Assembly: GCF_009914755.1 (NCBI RefSeq)
Contig: NC_060935.1
From: the human T2T-CHM13v2.0 reference genome, Homo sapiens
DNA: 64,000 bases
Direction: 5' to 3' (one strand)
The notes under the pieces were generated by a model. It ran no database searches. It saw only the letters and a list, made by a program, of their open reading frames with translations, and was not told the origin of the DNA. A program made the position numbers and the translations under genes. Each line of letters starts with the position of its first letter. The stretch's first letter is position 1. This document shows, one piece after another, positions 34,932-55,898 of the stretch.

Positions 34932-35948
34932 TTACATTTTGGCATGATTTTGCAGCGGCTGGTACCGGTTGTTCCTTTCCATGTTTAGCGCTTCCTTCAG
35001 GAGCTCTTTTAGGGCAGGCCTGGTGGTGACAAAAGCTCTCAGCATTTGCTTGTCTGTAAAGTATTTTATTTCTCCTTCACTTATGAAGCTTAGTTTGGCT
35101 GGGTATGAAATTCTGGGTTGAAAATTCTTTTCTTTAAGAATGTTGAATATTGGCCCCCACTCTCTTCTGGCCTGTAGAGTTTCTGCCGAGAGATCCGCTG
35201 TTAGTCTGATGGGCTTCCCTTTGAGGGTAACCCGACCTTTCTCTCTGGCTGCCCTTAACATTTTTTCCTTCATTTCAACTTTGGTGAATCTGACAATTAT
35301 GTGTCTTGGAGTTGCTCTTCTCGAGGAGTATCTTTGTGGCGTTCTCTGTATTTCCTGAATCTGAACGTTGGCCTGCCTTGCTAGATTGGGGAAATTCTCC
35401 TGGATAATACCCTGCAGAGTGTTTTCCAACTTGGTTCCATTCTCCCCATCACTTTCAGGTACACCAATCAGACGTAGATTTGGTCTTTTCACATAGTCCC
35501 ATATTTCTTGGAGGCTTTGCTCGTTTCTTTTTATTCTTTTTTCTCTAAACTTTCCTTCTCGCTTCATTTCATTCATTTCATCTTCCATTGCTGATACCCT
35601 TTCTTCCAGTTGATCGCATCGGCTCCTGAGGCTTCTGCATTCTTCACGTAGTTCTCGAGCCTTGGTTTTCAGCTCCGTCAGCTCCTTTAAGCACTTCTCT
35701 GTATTGGTTATTCTAGTTATACATTCTTCTAAATTTTCTTCAAAGTTTTCAACTTCTTTGCCTTTGGTTTGAATGTCCTCCCGTAGCTCAGAGTAATTTG
35801 ATTGTCTGAAGCCTTCTTCTCTCAGCTCGTCAAAGTCATTCTCTGTCCAGCTTTGTTCCCTTACTGGTGAGGAGCAGCGTTCCTTTGGAGGAGGAGAGAC
35901 GCTCTGATTTTTAGAGTTTCCAGTTTTTCTGTTCTGCTTTTTCCCCAT
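34932..35948 (-). CDS. LINE-1 ORF1p, intact 338 aa
   Basis: MGKKQNRKTGNSK...QPLQNHAKM; REKG, ARR and YPAKLS motifs and SP/TP sites at 18, 27, 203 and 213 present. Confidence 0.93.
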   Translation of the reverse strand: MGKKQNRKTGNSKNQSVSPPPKERCSSPVREQSWTENDFDELREEGFRQSNYSELREDIQTKGKEVENFEENLEECITRITNTEKCLKELTELKTKARELREECRSLRSRCDQLEERVSAMEDEMNEMKREGKFREKRIKRNEQSLQEIWDYVKRPNLRLIGVPESDGENGTKLENTLQGIIQENFPNLARQANVQIQEIQRTPQRYSSRRATPRHIIVRFTKVEMKEKMLRAAREKGRVTLKGKPIRLTADLSAETLQARREWGPIFNILKEKNFQPRISYPAKLSFISEGEIKYFTDKQMLRAFVTTRPALKELLKEALNMERNNRYQPLQNHAKM

Positions 35949-36847
35949 CTTTGTGGTTTTATCTACTTTTGGTCTTTGATGATGGTGATGTACAGATGGG
36001 TTTTTGGTGTGGATGTCCTTTCTGTTTGTTAGTTTTCCTTCTAACAGACAGGACCCTCAGCTGCAGGTCTGTTGGAGTACCCTGCAGTGTGAGGTGTCAG
36101 GGTGCCCCTGCTGGAGGGTGCCTCCCAGTTAGGCTGCTCGGGGTTCAGTGACCCACTTTAGGAGGCAGTCTGCCCGTTCTCAGATCTCCAGCTGCGTACT
36201 GGGAGAACCACTGCTCTCTTCAAAGCTGTCAGACAGGGACATTTAAGTCTGCAGAGGTTACTGCTGTCTTTTTGTTTGTCTGTACCCTGCCCCCAGAGGT
36301 GGAGCCTACAGAGGCAGGCAGGCCTCCTTGAGCTGTGGTGGGCTCCACCCAGTTCGAGCTTCCCGGCTGCTTTGTTTACCTAAGCAAGCCTGGGCAATGG
36401 TGGGCGCCCCTACCCCAGCCTCGCTGCCGCCTTGCAGTTTGATCTCAGACTGCTGTGCTAGCAATCAGCGAGACTCCGTGGGGTAGGACCCTCCAAGCCA
36501 GGTGCGGGATATAATCTCGTGGTGCGCCGTTTTTTAAGCCCGTCAGAAAAGTGCAGTATTCGGGTGGGAGTGACCTGATTTTCCAGGTGCCGTCCGTCAC
36601 CCCTTTCTTTGATTAGGAAAGGGAACTCCCTGACCCCTTGCGCTTCCCGAGTGAGGCAATGCCTCACCCTGCTTTGGCTCGCGCACGGTGCGTGCACCCA
36701 CTGACCTGCACCCACTGTCTGGCACTCCCTAGTGAGATGAACCCGGTACCTCAGATGGAAATGCAGAAATCACCCGTCTTCTGCGTCGCTCAGGCTGGGA
36801 GCTGTAGACCGGAGCTGTTCCTATTCGGCCATCTTGGCTCCTCCCCC
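35949..36847. promoter_or_regulatory. L1 5'UTR with sense promoter (fires on - strand) and antisense promoter region (fires on + strand, co-directional with QSER1); YY1 site at 36826-36836
   Basis: CpG-rich L1PA 5'UTR; CAAGATGGCCG intact. Promoter activity is inferred from family knowledge. Confidence 0.75.
36397..36486 (+). pseudogene. Truncated L1 ORF0 (MVGAPTPASLPPCSLISDCCASNQRDSVG*, 29 aa)
   Basis: Matches the ORF0 N-terminus; 1-bp loss (GTGGGCGTAGGA->GTGGGGTAGGA) gives TAG at 36484-36486. Confidence 0.8.
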
Positions 36848-38021
36848 TGTTTTAATTATTAATTTGACTCTTTTGTATTGTGTTCAGGGAATATGTTCAC
36901 ATTTTGAAATTTATGGAAATTTTGTTAGTAGTTTGGTAAATGGTCCATTTTTATAGATATTCCACTTTTTATAAATACTAAGTACTAATAGATTTCATTA
37001 ATAGTGTTCAAATCCTTTATATCTTTTTTATTTAATAAATGATATTAGGTTATTTAAGAAAATGTTTATATGTGTGTATATTTTGGAGATAAATGACATG
37101 TATGGAATTTGGCTTAAAATAGCCCAGCAAATATAAAAGGGAGTGATGGATAGATTAAACAGATGAACCAAAATGTTTGTGCTTGTTACAGCTGGGTTAT
37201 AGTAGGGTTTGTATTCTCTACTTTTGTGTAGTCTAAAATTTTATAATAATAAAAAGTTTTAAAACTCCTCTCTACCCTTATTTGTTTTTAGATTGCTTGA
37301 TCTGTTGATTCCTGAGAAAGGTGTGTTAAAGTTTTCCATTATGTTATATTATTTTTCTAATACTGTTTACTTGATATTTTGAACCCATGTAATTCAGTGC
37401 ATAAAATTTTACTACAGTTAAATTTCCTTTTATCATAATAAAATCTCTTTTTCCCACTTAATGATTTCTGTTTTTAATACTGTCATACTAATGTTGTTAT
37501 TAGCATTTTTTTAGTATTTTTCCATATCTATGTTTTCTTTTGGAACATTTTTTCTTGCGAAATACAACCCACATGTGAAAATCAAACATGCATAAAGAAA
37601 AATACAAAACAAAACTTCCACAGATTTGAAAATGCAGACATTATTCAAGCAGTATTCCCTGGGTACAGTGCAGCCGTTTCTAGAAAGAACAAAGAAAGGA
37701 ACAAAGAAAAACTCACCCTTCCAAATAACTCTTGGCTTAAAAAGGAAACCAAAACTGAAATGACAAACTAATTGGAATGGACAGTGGAGCACTGTATACT
37801 GAAACTAATAGGATGTGGCCAGAGTGTGATGTGAAGAAGCAAATTTATAGTGTTAAATGTCATTCACTGGAAAGCAAGAAAATATCGAAATTAATTGAGT
37901 ATTAAATTAAACTCACTCTTAACCTCTAGAGCAAATCACTAACTGACTTGGATGGTAATCACTTCCTTACTTAATATAATTTTACCATCTATGTATGCAT
38001 CTCTAAAGACTATACTTTTTA

Positions 38022-38238
38022 GCTGGGGAAACATAGTGAGAGCCTATCTCTACAAAAAACAAAAAAACAGTTAGGTGGGCATGTTGGCATGTGCCTGTCG
38101 TCCTAGCTAATGTGGAGCCTGAGGCAGGAGTATCGGGTGAGCCCAGGAGTTTGAGGGGGCAGTGAGCTGGGATCACACCATTGCACTCCAGCCTGGGTGA
38201 CAGAGCTAGATGCTATCTCTTAAAAAAACAAAACAAAA
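38022..38238 (+). mobile_element. Partial Alu (AluJ-like)
   Basis: Linker, right arm and tail. Confidence 0.82.
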
Positions 38239-39686
38239 CTATTGTTTGGTTTGTTTTAAAACTTCCTACAAAGGGCATATAAATAAAGTATTGATGAACT
38301 TTCCCTCTACTAGAAGTTATACATTCTTTTTTTAAAAAAATTTTGCTTTTTTCATAGAAATTTTCAAACATATACAAAAGTACAGAGATTGGCATAATGA
38401 AACCCAATTCTGGGGGCATCATCCATTTCAATAATCATGTGGTCCATCTTGCTTGATTCATACCTTTATCTAGGTGCCCACTCCCTGATTATTTTGGTGA
38501 AATATTTCTTTTCTTTTCCTGGTTACAATAGAAATTACAACATGCACTTTTAGCTTCTCCAAATCTGTCAATATCTTCCTTTTTCTGGATAATACAGATT
38601 TTTTAACACTGGAGCTCCATTTAATCCCCTCCTGACATAAATGTTATTGTTACTACATATTTAATTCTATCATCATTAATAGTCTTTTAAATAGTCATTT
38701 GTTTACATTTACTTATATATTTCCCAGTTTACCCTTCATTCATTCTTGTATCTCATAGCTTCTCCTTGGGATTATCTGACTAAAGCAGACTAAATACTAA
38801 AATACCTTTAGTATTTCCTTTTCTCAGAGTCTGCTGCAGCATCTCTGTTTTTGTTCACAGATAACTATGTGACTTGTTTTGACATATAACTTAGAAAGTA
38901 TTTGTAGAAGTCAGTGACATTGCTATAACAAAGTCACTTTTATTCCTTAATTTACCCATTATTTATATGAACATGGTTTCTAAGTTTTTATATCAATAAA
39001 AGTGAAGGACAAATAAAATTGGTTGTAAAATCTATCTCAATAAGTACTGTCCATGTATCCATGTATGAATAATTTTTAAGTGCCATGTCCAACAGAAGCA
39101 TGAGTTTTACATTTAATACTTGTCAAAATGTGAAAAGATAGTATAATTTGGATCAACTATGCAATTGTATAATGTTAGAAATGTTTAACATTTTGAGCCT
39201 TCAGTTACAAGACAAATTAGTTTCCATTTACATACATATTTTTGTGACAGAAAAGTATGACAATGTAACTATAGCATTATAGAAATATGTTAGGATAAAA
39301 TAACATAGTATGGGCTCCTAACGTGATTAGAATATTCATCTGTATTTCCTCAACAGGTCTTTTCCCTTGAGTGGGAAATGTATAAATATATGAGAATAGC
39401 TTTAATTTGGGACAAGAACAGGTAGGCTGGCTGGTAGCAACAAGGAGGTCTTTATTTGTCAAGCACTTTAGTTCATGGATTTCCCCTGCCAGTCTGCATT
39501 TCCACTTTTTCTGTGTTGGAAGTCTGGATTTGCCTCAGGCCCTGCTTTGGTTTTCTCTCAGCTCCTCCACCACTCTAGGCAAGTAGAATTCACTCTCTTC
39601 AGAGTACAGCTTTTGCATTTTAGCCTATGGTCAAACACCCCTTCTGCCTACAGCTTAGTACAATTAAGGGGATCACTGGCCTTCCC

Positions 39687-39983
39687 TTTTTTTTTCTTTT
39701 TTTGAGAGGGAGTCTTGCTCTGTCACCCAGACTGGAGTGCAGTGTTGCAATCTAGGCTCACTGCAACCTCCGCCTCCCAGGTTCAAGCGATTCTCCTGCC
39801 TCAGCCTCCCGAGTAGCTGAGATTACAGACCCCTGCCATCACACCTGGCTAATTTTTGTATTTTAGTGGACACGGGGTTTTACCATGCTGGCCAGGCTGG
39901 TCTTGAACTCCTGACCTTAAGTGATCTGCCCACCCAGGCCTCCCAAAGTGCTGGGATTACAGGCATGAACCACTGTGCCTGGC
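39687..39983 (-). mobile_element. Alu (AluS-like)
   Basis: Reverse Alu flanked by tggc..ttccc. Confidence 0.92.
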
Positions 39984-40134
39984 CTGGCTTTCCCATTTTT
40001 ATTTACTTATTGTTGTATATGTGATTATTTTAGTTCATCAGTATTATTCAGACTTACCACTGGAATTTTACATGTTATTTATATTTGTTCCTTAGCCCAA
40101 AGTTCCTCTATCAGCTGTGGTATTTGAAGTATTT

Positions 40135-42800
<2,666 letters not shown>

Positions 42801-42937
42801 TTTTGATAGCTTCTAGTGCTGTTTCAGAATGTTTTGGGTTTTTTTTTTTCCCACATGTATTTGGTTTTTCATCTTCTATGAAGAGTCACAGTTTTGGTTG
42901 GCCGACCCTTCCTTATCTTCTATCACTTTCATGTCTT

Positions 42938-43165
42938 TATTTTTATTATTATTATTTTTTTAAGTAGGGTCTTGTTCTGTCACCCAGGCTGGAGTGCAGT
43001 GGCACTATCATAGCTCACTGTAACCCTTGAACTCCTGGGCCCAAGCAATTTTCGCATCTCATCCTCCTGATTAGCTGAGACTACAGGCACACAACACTAT
43101 GCTCGGCTAATTTTTTATTTTTTTAATAGGGCTGGGACTACAGGTGTGAGCCACTGTACCCAGCC
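42938..43165 (-). mobile_element. Alu (AluJ-like), left arm largely deleted
   Basis: Reverse Alu. Confidence 0.82.
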
Positions 43166-43446
43166 TCTTCTTTTAAAAATAATTTTGCTCTACTTACATG
43201 GAATTGGCAGCGGGAGGATAGGTAGATAGTTGCAGGTTTGCAGTCTACTTGTCATCTAGACTTAATTCTCACATCTTTGATTCTTGGAAATTAACATCTG
43301 TTGTCTAATTTCTTCCTGTGGTTTTGTTTCAACCAGTTTGATTACAAAATAATCAAGTCTTTCTTTTTAAACTGTTGTGAGTTTTACACAAAACAAGTGT
43401 TTAAATATTTGTAATACTGATTTGCATTTGCTTGGTTTTGTTTCAG

Positions 43447-43769
43447 AAGCCCTACAGGTGGCAACTACTAGCCCAACTGCCAATACTACTGGTACTGCTA
43501 CTACTTCCTCAACCACTGTGGGTGCAGTTAAGCAAGAACCTCTCCACTCTACTTCATATGCAGTAAATATTCTGGAAAATATAAGCTCTTCAGAATCCTC
43601 AAAGCCCATTGAACTTGATGGTCTTCCTTCAGACCAGTTTGCAAAAGGACAGGACACTGTTGCCATAGAAGGTTTTACAGATGAGGAGGACACAGAAAGC
43701 GGAGGAGAAGGCCAATACAGAGAGCGTGATGAATTTGTGGTAAAGATAGAAGACATAGAGACTTTTAAG
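43447..43769 (+). CDS. QSER1: QSER1 coding exon (323 nt, phase 1->0): EALQVATT...[14 protein letters not shown]
   Basis: ttttgtttcag| acceptor, AAG|gtgatg donor; inside ORF 43377-43808. Confidence 0.92.
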
Positions 43770-44279
43770 GTGATGTCAGTGTTCACCAGTGTAAAGGTCA
43801 TAGTTTAGTTAGTGTGCCTGCGATAGCCTTCATTATGACTTCAATAGCATGCATCTACTTTGAATTATGGGAAGTTTTATGCATTATAAGTGTTTGATAA
43901 AATCAAAATATTAAGAGTAGATGTCAGATATCATTGAAGATAATTTTAACCTTAACTTAGTTGTACGTATTTCTGTACAAATGTAGTCAGTTGCATTTCA
44001 GTATTAGTAATTATAGTAGTTTTAAAATGTTGACTTTTTTCAAGGTTCCCAATTCATTATTAGTAGTTTGGAGAAAATCGTTATTTATATAATTTAAAAG
44101 TTTAAACAAAAATAACAGAGAACTATCATGTAAAAGTAGAATTAGATTTAATTTCATAATTTCAAGTTGTATAACCATGAAGAGAATGTAATAATTTTAT
44201 GTAAGAAAGTTGTAGCTGTGTTTAAAATAACATATTTTGGGGTTTCTGTTTGCTTGCTTTGCTTTTTTGCCTTTTTATG

Positions 44280-44430
44280 TATTTTTTAAAATAGAGATGG
44301 GATCATGCTATGTTGACCAGGCTGGTCTCAAACTCTTGGCCTCAAGCAGTCCTCCCATCTTGGCCTCCCAAAGTGCTGGGATTACAGGCATGTAATCCTC
44401 ATGCAGTGGCATGAGCCACTGCATACAGCC
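44280..44430 (-). mobile_element. Alu left-arm monomer (FLAM-like) with 21-nt internal insertion
   Basis: Single arm; flanked by cttttgcctttt-like repeats. Confidence 0.85.
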
Positions 44431-44885
44431 ACTTTTGCCTTTTTAAAAAACATGGGAATGACGTTAAAAAGTGCAGTGAAGAATCCAACATTCAAGTGTC
44501 TGTATTCTCACTATTCACAGTTAACTACTTTTAATATTTTAATGTATTTGTTTATGGTCTTTTAAGATATGTATATATACATAGTTATAAAATTGCATAT
44601 GTAACATAGGACAGTGTCATTAGCAGAAAACTTTCCAATAGTTTTAGCTGCACAAATGGGTAATGGGCTACTTTGTGTGCTAATGAACTCCCTATTTCTG
44701 GAATAATTTAAGCAGAGACTGAATAACCTAACCAGCTTATAAGAATTATTGCAGAATATCAGATAGAGAGGTGAGATAAAAGGTTGAGCTAGGGTAGGCC
44801 TTTCAGATTCCTTTCATCTCTAATATTCTAAGATCTAAAATATGTTGCTGTGTTTTGTAAGTATCATTAATTCTGGTTATTACAG

Positions 44886-45002
44886 GAGGCTTTAAAAACA
44901 GGAAAAGAACCTCCAGCTATTTGGAAAGTACAAAAAGCTTTATTACAGAAATTTGTTCCTGAAATTCGAGATGGTCAAAGAGAATTTGCTGCTACAAATA
45001 GT
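44886..45002 (+). CDS. QSER1: QSER1 coding exon (117 nt, phase 0->0): [39 protein letters not shown]
   Basis: ttattacag| acceptor, |gtaagt donor; open and in phase. Confidence 0.92.
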
Positions 45003-45577
45003 GTAAGTAAAATGCATGTTTACATTAGCCTTATTTTGACAGTGGTCCTGAGAAAAACAATGATTTAAATATAGAAGTATTTTATATTGAATATTTTTGA
45101 TATAAAGTAGCATATAATTTGAACTAGAATATTGATGCTCTTTGATAGTCTAATATAAAAATAAAGTCATTTGTTAAATATCAGCTATTTAAAATTAAAT
45201 GACCTTGTACTATTGTTTAACTTTTTTTTTTAATAAAGGAAAGGGATTAATGTTAGCCTATGAAGAGTTCAGATTGACTCAGAGGCTCCTTTATGTTGAT
45301 TATTCTACTAGTCAAATATCCTGATTTACCAGAAGACTGATGGAAGTTATTCTGTCATACTTAATGTAGCTGGAAGTAAGAATATGCCAAATGAGATTGC
45401 TTGTACATATGAAATCAATAATGAGCCTGGGATCAGTTTTTGAGGGTAAAATTAGCCTGGCCAGAGCTGCATTTTAGAAAACTTGAAGGTTGGCTATGGG
45501 ATAGTCAATTGAACAAACAAAGTAGCATTTGTATCTAGATTGTTCAATTATGTAACTCAAAGTGTTTCCTTCCTCAG

Positions 45578-45711
45578 TATCTTGGATATTTTGGAGATGC
45601 AAAGAGTAAATACAAAAGAATATATGTGAAGTTCATTGAAAATGCAAACAAGAAGGAATATGTCAGAGTGTGTTCTAAAAAGCCAAGAAATAAACCTTCA
45701 CAAACTATCAG
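45578..45711 (+). CDS. QSER1: QSER1 coding exon (134 nt, phase 0->2): [45 protein letters not shown]
   Basis: ttccttcctcag| acceptor, CAG|gtattt donor; open and in phase. Confidence 0.92.
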
Positions 45712-46373
45712 GTATTTGTTTTCTTAGGTGATATATTTGTGCATATATATAGGTGTATTATTGATGATACCAATGTACAAAGGAGCATATCAATTAAATA
45801 GATTTTTTTTATTATACACAAGTCAAAAAATTTCAGTGCCTGATGAAATAAGTGATTCTTTTGAAGGCATGAGATGGGCACTGTAAAGCTCATGGCTATC
45901 TGTGGTGGGTGGGTGCCCTTTTCTTTTCCCTAAGTCCTTTTGGTGTCATCCCAGTATTGTGAAAAAAAATTGTAGAGGCAAAAAGTTTGAGTCCAGCTTT
46001 ATGTGACTTAGAGAAGACAGCTTTCCTGAAGCTCCCTTTTTCATCTATAAAATGTAAATAATATAATGAAGTAAATTAAATTTAAAATAATTATTGATAA
46101 AAAAACTATAAGAACTACATTACTGTACAAGTGTACACAGTAGAATTATTATTGTGTATTAATGTGACTCTGGGTTGTCTGGAGCATGAATCTGGAAGAT
46201 AACTGACTTGACCCTGTGGTCTGCATGAGAAGCAGGTATGACCGTAGATGTTCTTACTCCAGTGCCAAGTAGGTCCAGTTTCATTAACATTCCCACCTAC
46301 TGGAAGCAGCTTACCTTATTTTTATGATGGAATTTTATCCACTCAAATCTTCAGACCTGGAAGAGAGCAAATC

Positions 46374-47079
<706 letters not shown>

Positions 47080-47458
47080 TAGGGTCAGAGCTAGATATGG
47101 CAATTACGGTTATAACATTCATTACCTTCCTAAGCCCACTGATCATCTGTTGTACAGCCTCATAGTCTCTGGGAAATAAGTCCATAAATCAAGGAGGGCA
47201 ATGAAGAAGTAGAAATAAGGACTGAACTAAAAGTCCCTTAATAACTGAATATTGAATGCTTCTGGTGAAAAGAATGTATTTTAAGAAAATTTTATGGGAA
47301 TCACCATTGAGATGTATATAGGACTTGGACTGTATATTTTGAAGGTATTGGTGAGAGTAATTAGATAATCTTCTCCTGTGATTCTCTTTTATTTTTCTAT
47401 TTTATTTTAGTTTAACAAGATTTCAGTGTGTTAATGAAGTTTGTTTATAACATTGCAG

Positions 47459-47676
47459 AACTGTTCAAGCTAAGCCAAGTAGTAGCAGTAAAACTTCTGA
47501 TCCTCTAGCATCAAAAACTACAACTACAAAAGCCCCTTCCGTGAAACCCAAAGTTAAACAGCCAAAAGTAAAGGCTGAGCCACCACCAAAGAAACGGAAA
47601 AAATGGAAAGAAGAATTTTCATCATCCCAATCTGACTCATCTCCTGAGATCCATACTAGTAGTAGTGACGATGAGG
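47459..47676 (+). CDS. QSER1: QSER1 coding exon (218 nt, phase 2->1) containing NLS-like PPPKKRKKWK
   Basis: cattgcag| acceptor, G|gtgagt donor; open and in phase. Confidence 0.92.
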
Positions 47677-47982
47677 GTGAGTTTTCCGTGAAATGGCTAC
47701 CCTGATAACTTTAGATTATCTACATGAGTGGTGAGGAGCAGGATGCTGACAATTCAAAATGTATTTACTTTTCAGGGAATTTATCTACCTAATAAATTCT
47801 GTTTAGGTTTTTATGAAAGTAAGTTCACATTCCCTGAACATACCAACTGAAGCACAGTTGGCCCACACATGCAGCCTTGTAAATAGAAAAGGCAGAACTT
47901 ACCTTAGTAATGCCAGTTATCTCAACTCTGGATAAGATGGAGGTTAGATCAGATGATTACTAAGAATCATCTAGTTCTAAAC

Positions 47983-48270
47983 TTTTTTTTTTTTTGAGAC
48001 AAGGTTTCATTCTGTCGCCCAGGCTGAAGTGCAATGGCATGATCCTAGCTCACTGCAGCCTCGAACACCTGGGCTCGTAACTCTCCTACCTCAGCCTCCA
48101 AAGTAGCTGGGACTATAGGTGTGCACCACCATGCCCAGCTAATGTTTCTTTTTAAGATATGGGCTCTTGCTTTGTCACCCAGGATGGTCTCAAACTCCTG
48201 GGCTTAAGCAGTCCTCCTGCCTTAGCCTCCCAAAGTGCTGGGATTACGGGCATGAGCCACTGCGCCCCAC
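47983..48270 (-). mobile_element. Alu (AluJ-like)
   Basis: Reverse Alu. Confidence 0.9.
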
Positions 48271-48706
48271 CTAGCATAAACATTTGAGTCTAAGTTTATG
48301 CTAGAAGAAAAGAATAACTAAGCCTAGGAAAGGGGCACTCAAATTATAATATAGTAATATATTTAATAACGTATGCCACTACATTATTTAATAAATGCTT
48401 ACTACTATATATCTGCCACTAGCTAATCATGTACCTATAACGAAGGTAGGATATCCTCTCTTAGTTTTCTTTTTTTATAAAATGTAAAGGTTGAAATAAT
48501 TTGTTATCAAACTTCTTGATCTTAGAACCATTTTACATTCTTAAAAATTATTGAGGATCCTAAAATGCATTTATGTAGGTATATCTATTGATATTTACTA
48601 TATTAGAAATTAAAACTGAGATAGTTGTAATACATAAGAATATACCAGCACACAAAGCATGGTGTACAATATATGTAAGAAATTTCAGGTGGTTTAGTAG
48701 TGTAGT

Positions 48707-48916
48707 ACAGAGGTTGCCAAATGTCTTGCAGACTGAATCTGACCCTCAGCCTGTTTTTATAGTTTTATTGGAACACAGCCGCATAGATTCATTTGCATAT
48801 TTCCATACAGTTGCTTTCCCACTACAGTGGCAGATTTGAGTAGTTCTACAGAGACCATATGACAAAATCTAAAATATTTACCTATAGCCCTTTACAGAAA
48901 AAGGTTGCTGGCCCCT
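48707..48916. mobile_element. MER58A-like hAT element
   Basis: cagaggttgccaaa...gttttattggaacacagcc...ccctttacagaaaaaggttgctggcccct. Confidence 0.8.
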
Positions 48917-49343
48917 ATTTTTCTAGAACATAAAGTAGAATTTAAGAAAAGAGGAAGGGATGATGAAAGACCTTGTATGCCATAATAAAGCTAAAAAGCT
49001 TGTGATCCTGTAAACAAATGAAAGTCCTTAGAGGGATTTATAAGGGGGAAACAATATGGTGAAATTTAAATTTGAATTACAAGACATAATTCAGGCATAA
49101 ATTGAGTCTGAACCTAAGTAGTGGCAGCAGGGATGGAGATGAGGGGACAGTTTTGAGATATTCAGGATGTAATTTTGGCAGAACTTGAATGGTGAATTAG
49201 TTGTTGGGGCTATGGTTGAAGTTGATGTCCAGGATGGTTTCTGACATTACAAGTATCATTGCTTGAGAGATTATCTTAGAAATTATCTGATTAGAAATAG
49301 AACCATAATAAAAAAAATTCTTCAGTGCTGAAGTCTACTTTAA

Positions 49344-50168
<825 letters not shown>

Positions 50169-50350
50169 ATATATAATCAGAATAGGTAAGGAAATTCAGT
50201 GCCTTGAATATGCATAGAAGGCATTATACATAATTTTTGCAGTTAGCAGTCTTGCCTACTGCTTAGAATCAAAACGTTTGTTCTGAATTTGCTCTCAATT
50301 ATAGTTTCTTCAAATGACAAGGTAACATTTTCTTCCCTTGGTAATTTGAG

Positions 50351-50369
50351 TGACCACTAGGTGTCACTA
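50351..50369 (+). promoter_or_regulatory. Candidate CTCF motif TGACCACTAGGTGTCACTA
   Basis: Close match by eye to the CCACYAGRKGGCRS core, in apparently non-repeat sequence. Confidence 0.45.
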
Positions 50370-50479
50370 ATAGTTAAGCAAACATTTTTAGGCCTTTTTG
50401 TTCCTTGCTTTACATTCTCAGGCTAAAGAATGTATTTAGTTCTCTTAAGAAGTCAAATATTGATAATAAACATATATTC

Positions 50480-54146
<3,667 letters not shown>

Positions 54147-54173
54147 CTATTTAAAATACATACACCTACTATA

Positions 54174-54308
54174 GGCCAGGCACGGTGGCTTACAGCTAAT
54201 CTCAGCACTTTCAGAGGCTGAGACAGGAGGATCACTTGAGGCTGAGAGTTCAAGACCAGCCTGGGCAACATAGTGAAACCCTATCTCTAAGAAAAAAAAA
54301 AAAACACC

Positions 54309-54359
<51 letters not shown>

Positions 54360-54385
54360 TACACACACACACATACACACACATA
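54174..54385 (+). mobile_element. Alu left monomer with compound (TA)n(CA)n microsatellite at 54309-54385
   Basis: Direct reading. Confidence 0.88.
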
Positions 54386-54489
54386 AACGCACACTATATA
54401 CCCACAACATTAAAAATATTTTAAAAACTGCTATTTAAGGGTGTGACTTGATTATATATTTGAATACAAAAAGTCAAAATTGAAACAAA

Positions 54490-55030
<541 letters not shown>

Positions 55031-55218
55031 TAGGCAAGAATTTTATAGTAATTTATGTCTAGGAATAAAAAGGAAATCTATGTATTACTCATACATTGGA
55101 TGTCATACAATTTCTTTACTACTAAACAGAGAAACCATCAAGACTACAGTAGCACCACCTAGCAGCAGATGTCTGTGGTGGGATCCAGCAGAAGACAAAT
55201 AGTTTCTTACCCAGTCTA

Positions 55219-55588
<370 letters not shown>

Positions 55589-55898
55589 TCACCTAGGAAG
55601 CTTTTTAAGAGCATAATACTTAAGCTTCATCACCCTACCACGACCACCACCACTACCAAAGATTCTGTTTTAGGAAGTCCAGCAATCTGGTTTTTGTTCT
55701 ATTGTTAACAAAGCTCTTCAGTCATTGTCATGTGCAAACCAGCTTTGAGAACCTCAGACCTTTTAAAGGTAAGGTGAGAAAGTCTTGAATTTGAAGAAAT
55801 TGTATCTGCAATCTGCTTCTAGGGTCTCGTTATAGAGAAAAGTGTTTTTAAAATTGTCAGGAAGGAAAATTTAATATTTAACCCTTTCTCCCTCCCAG

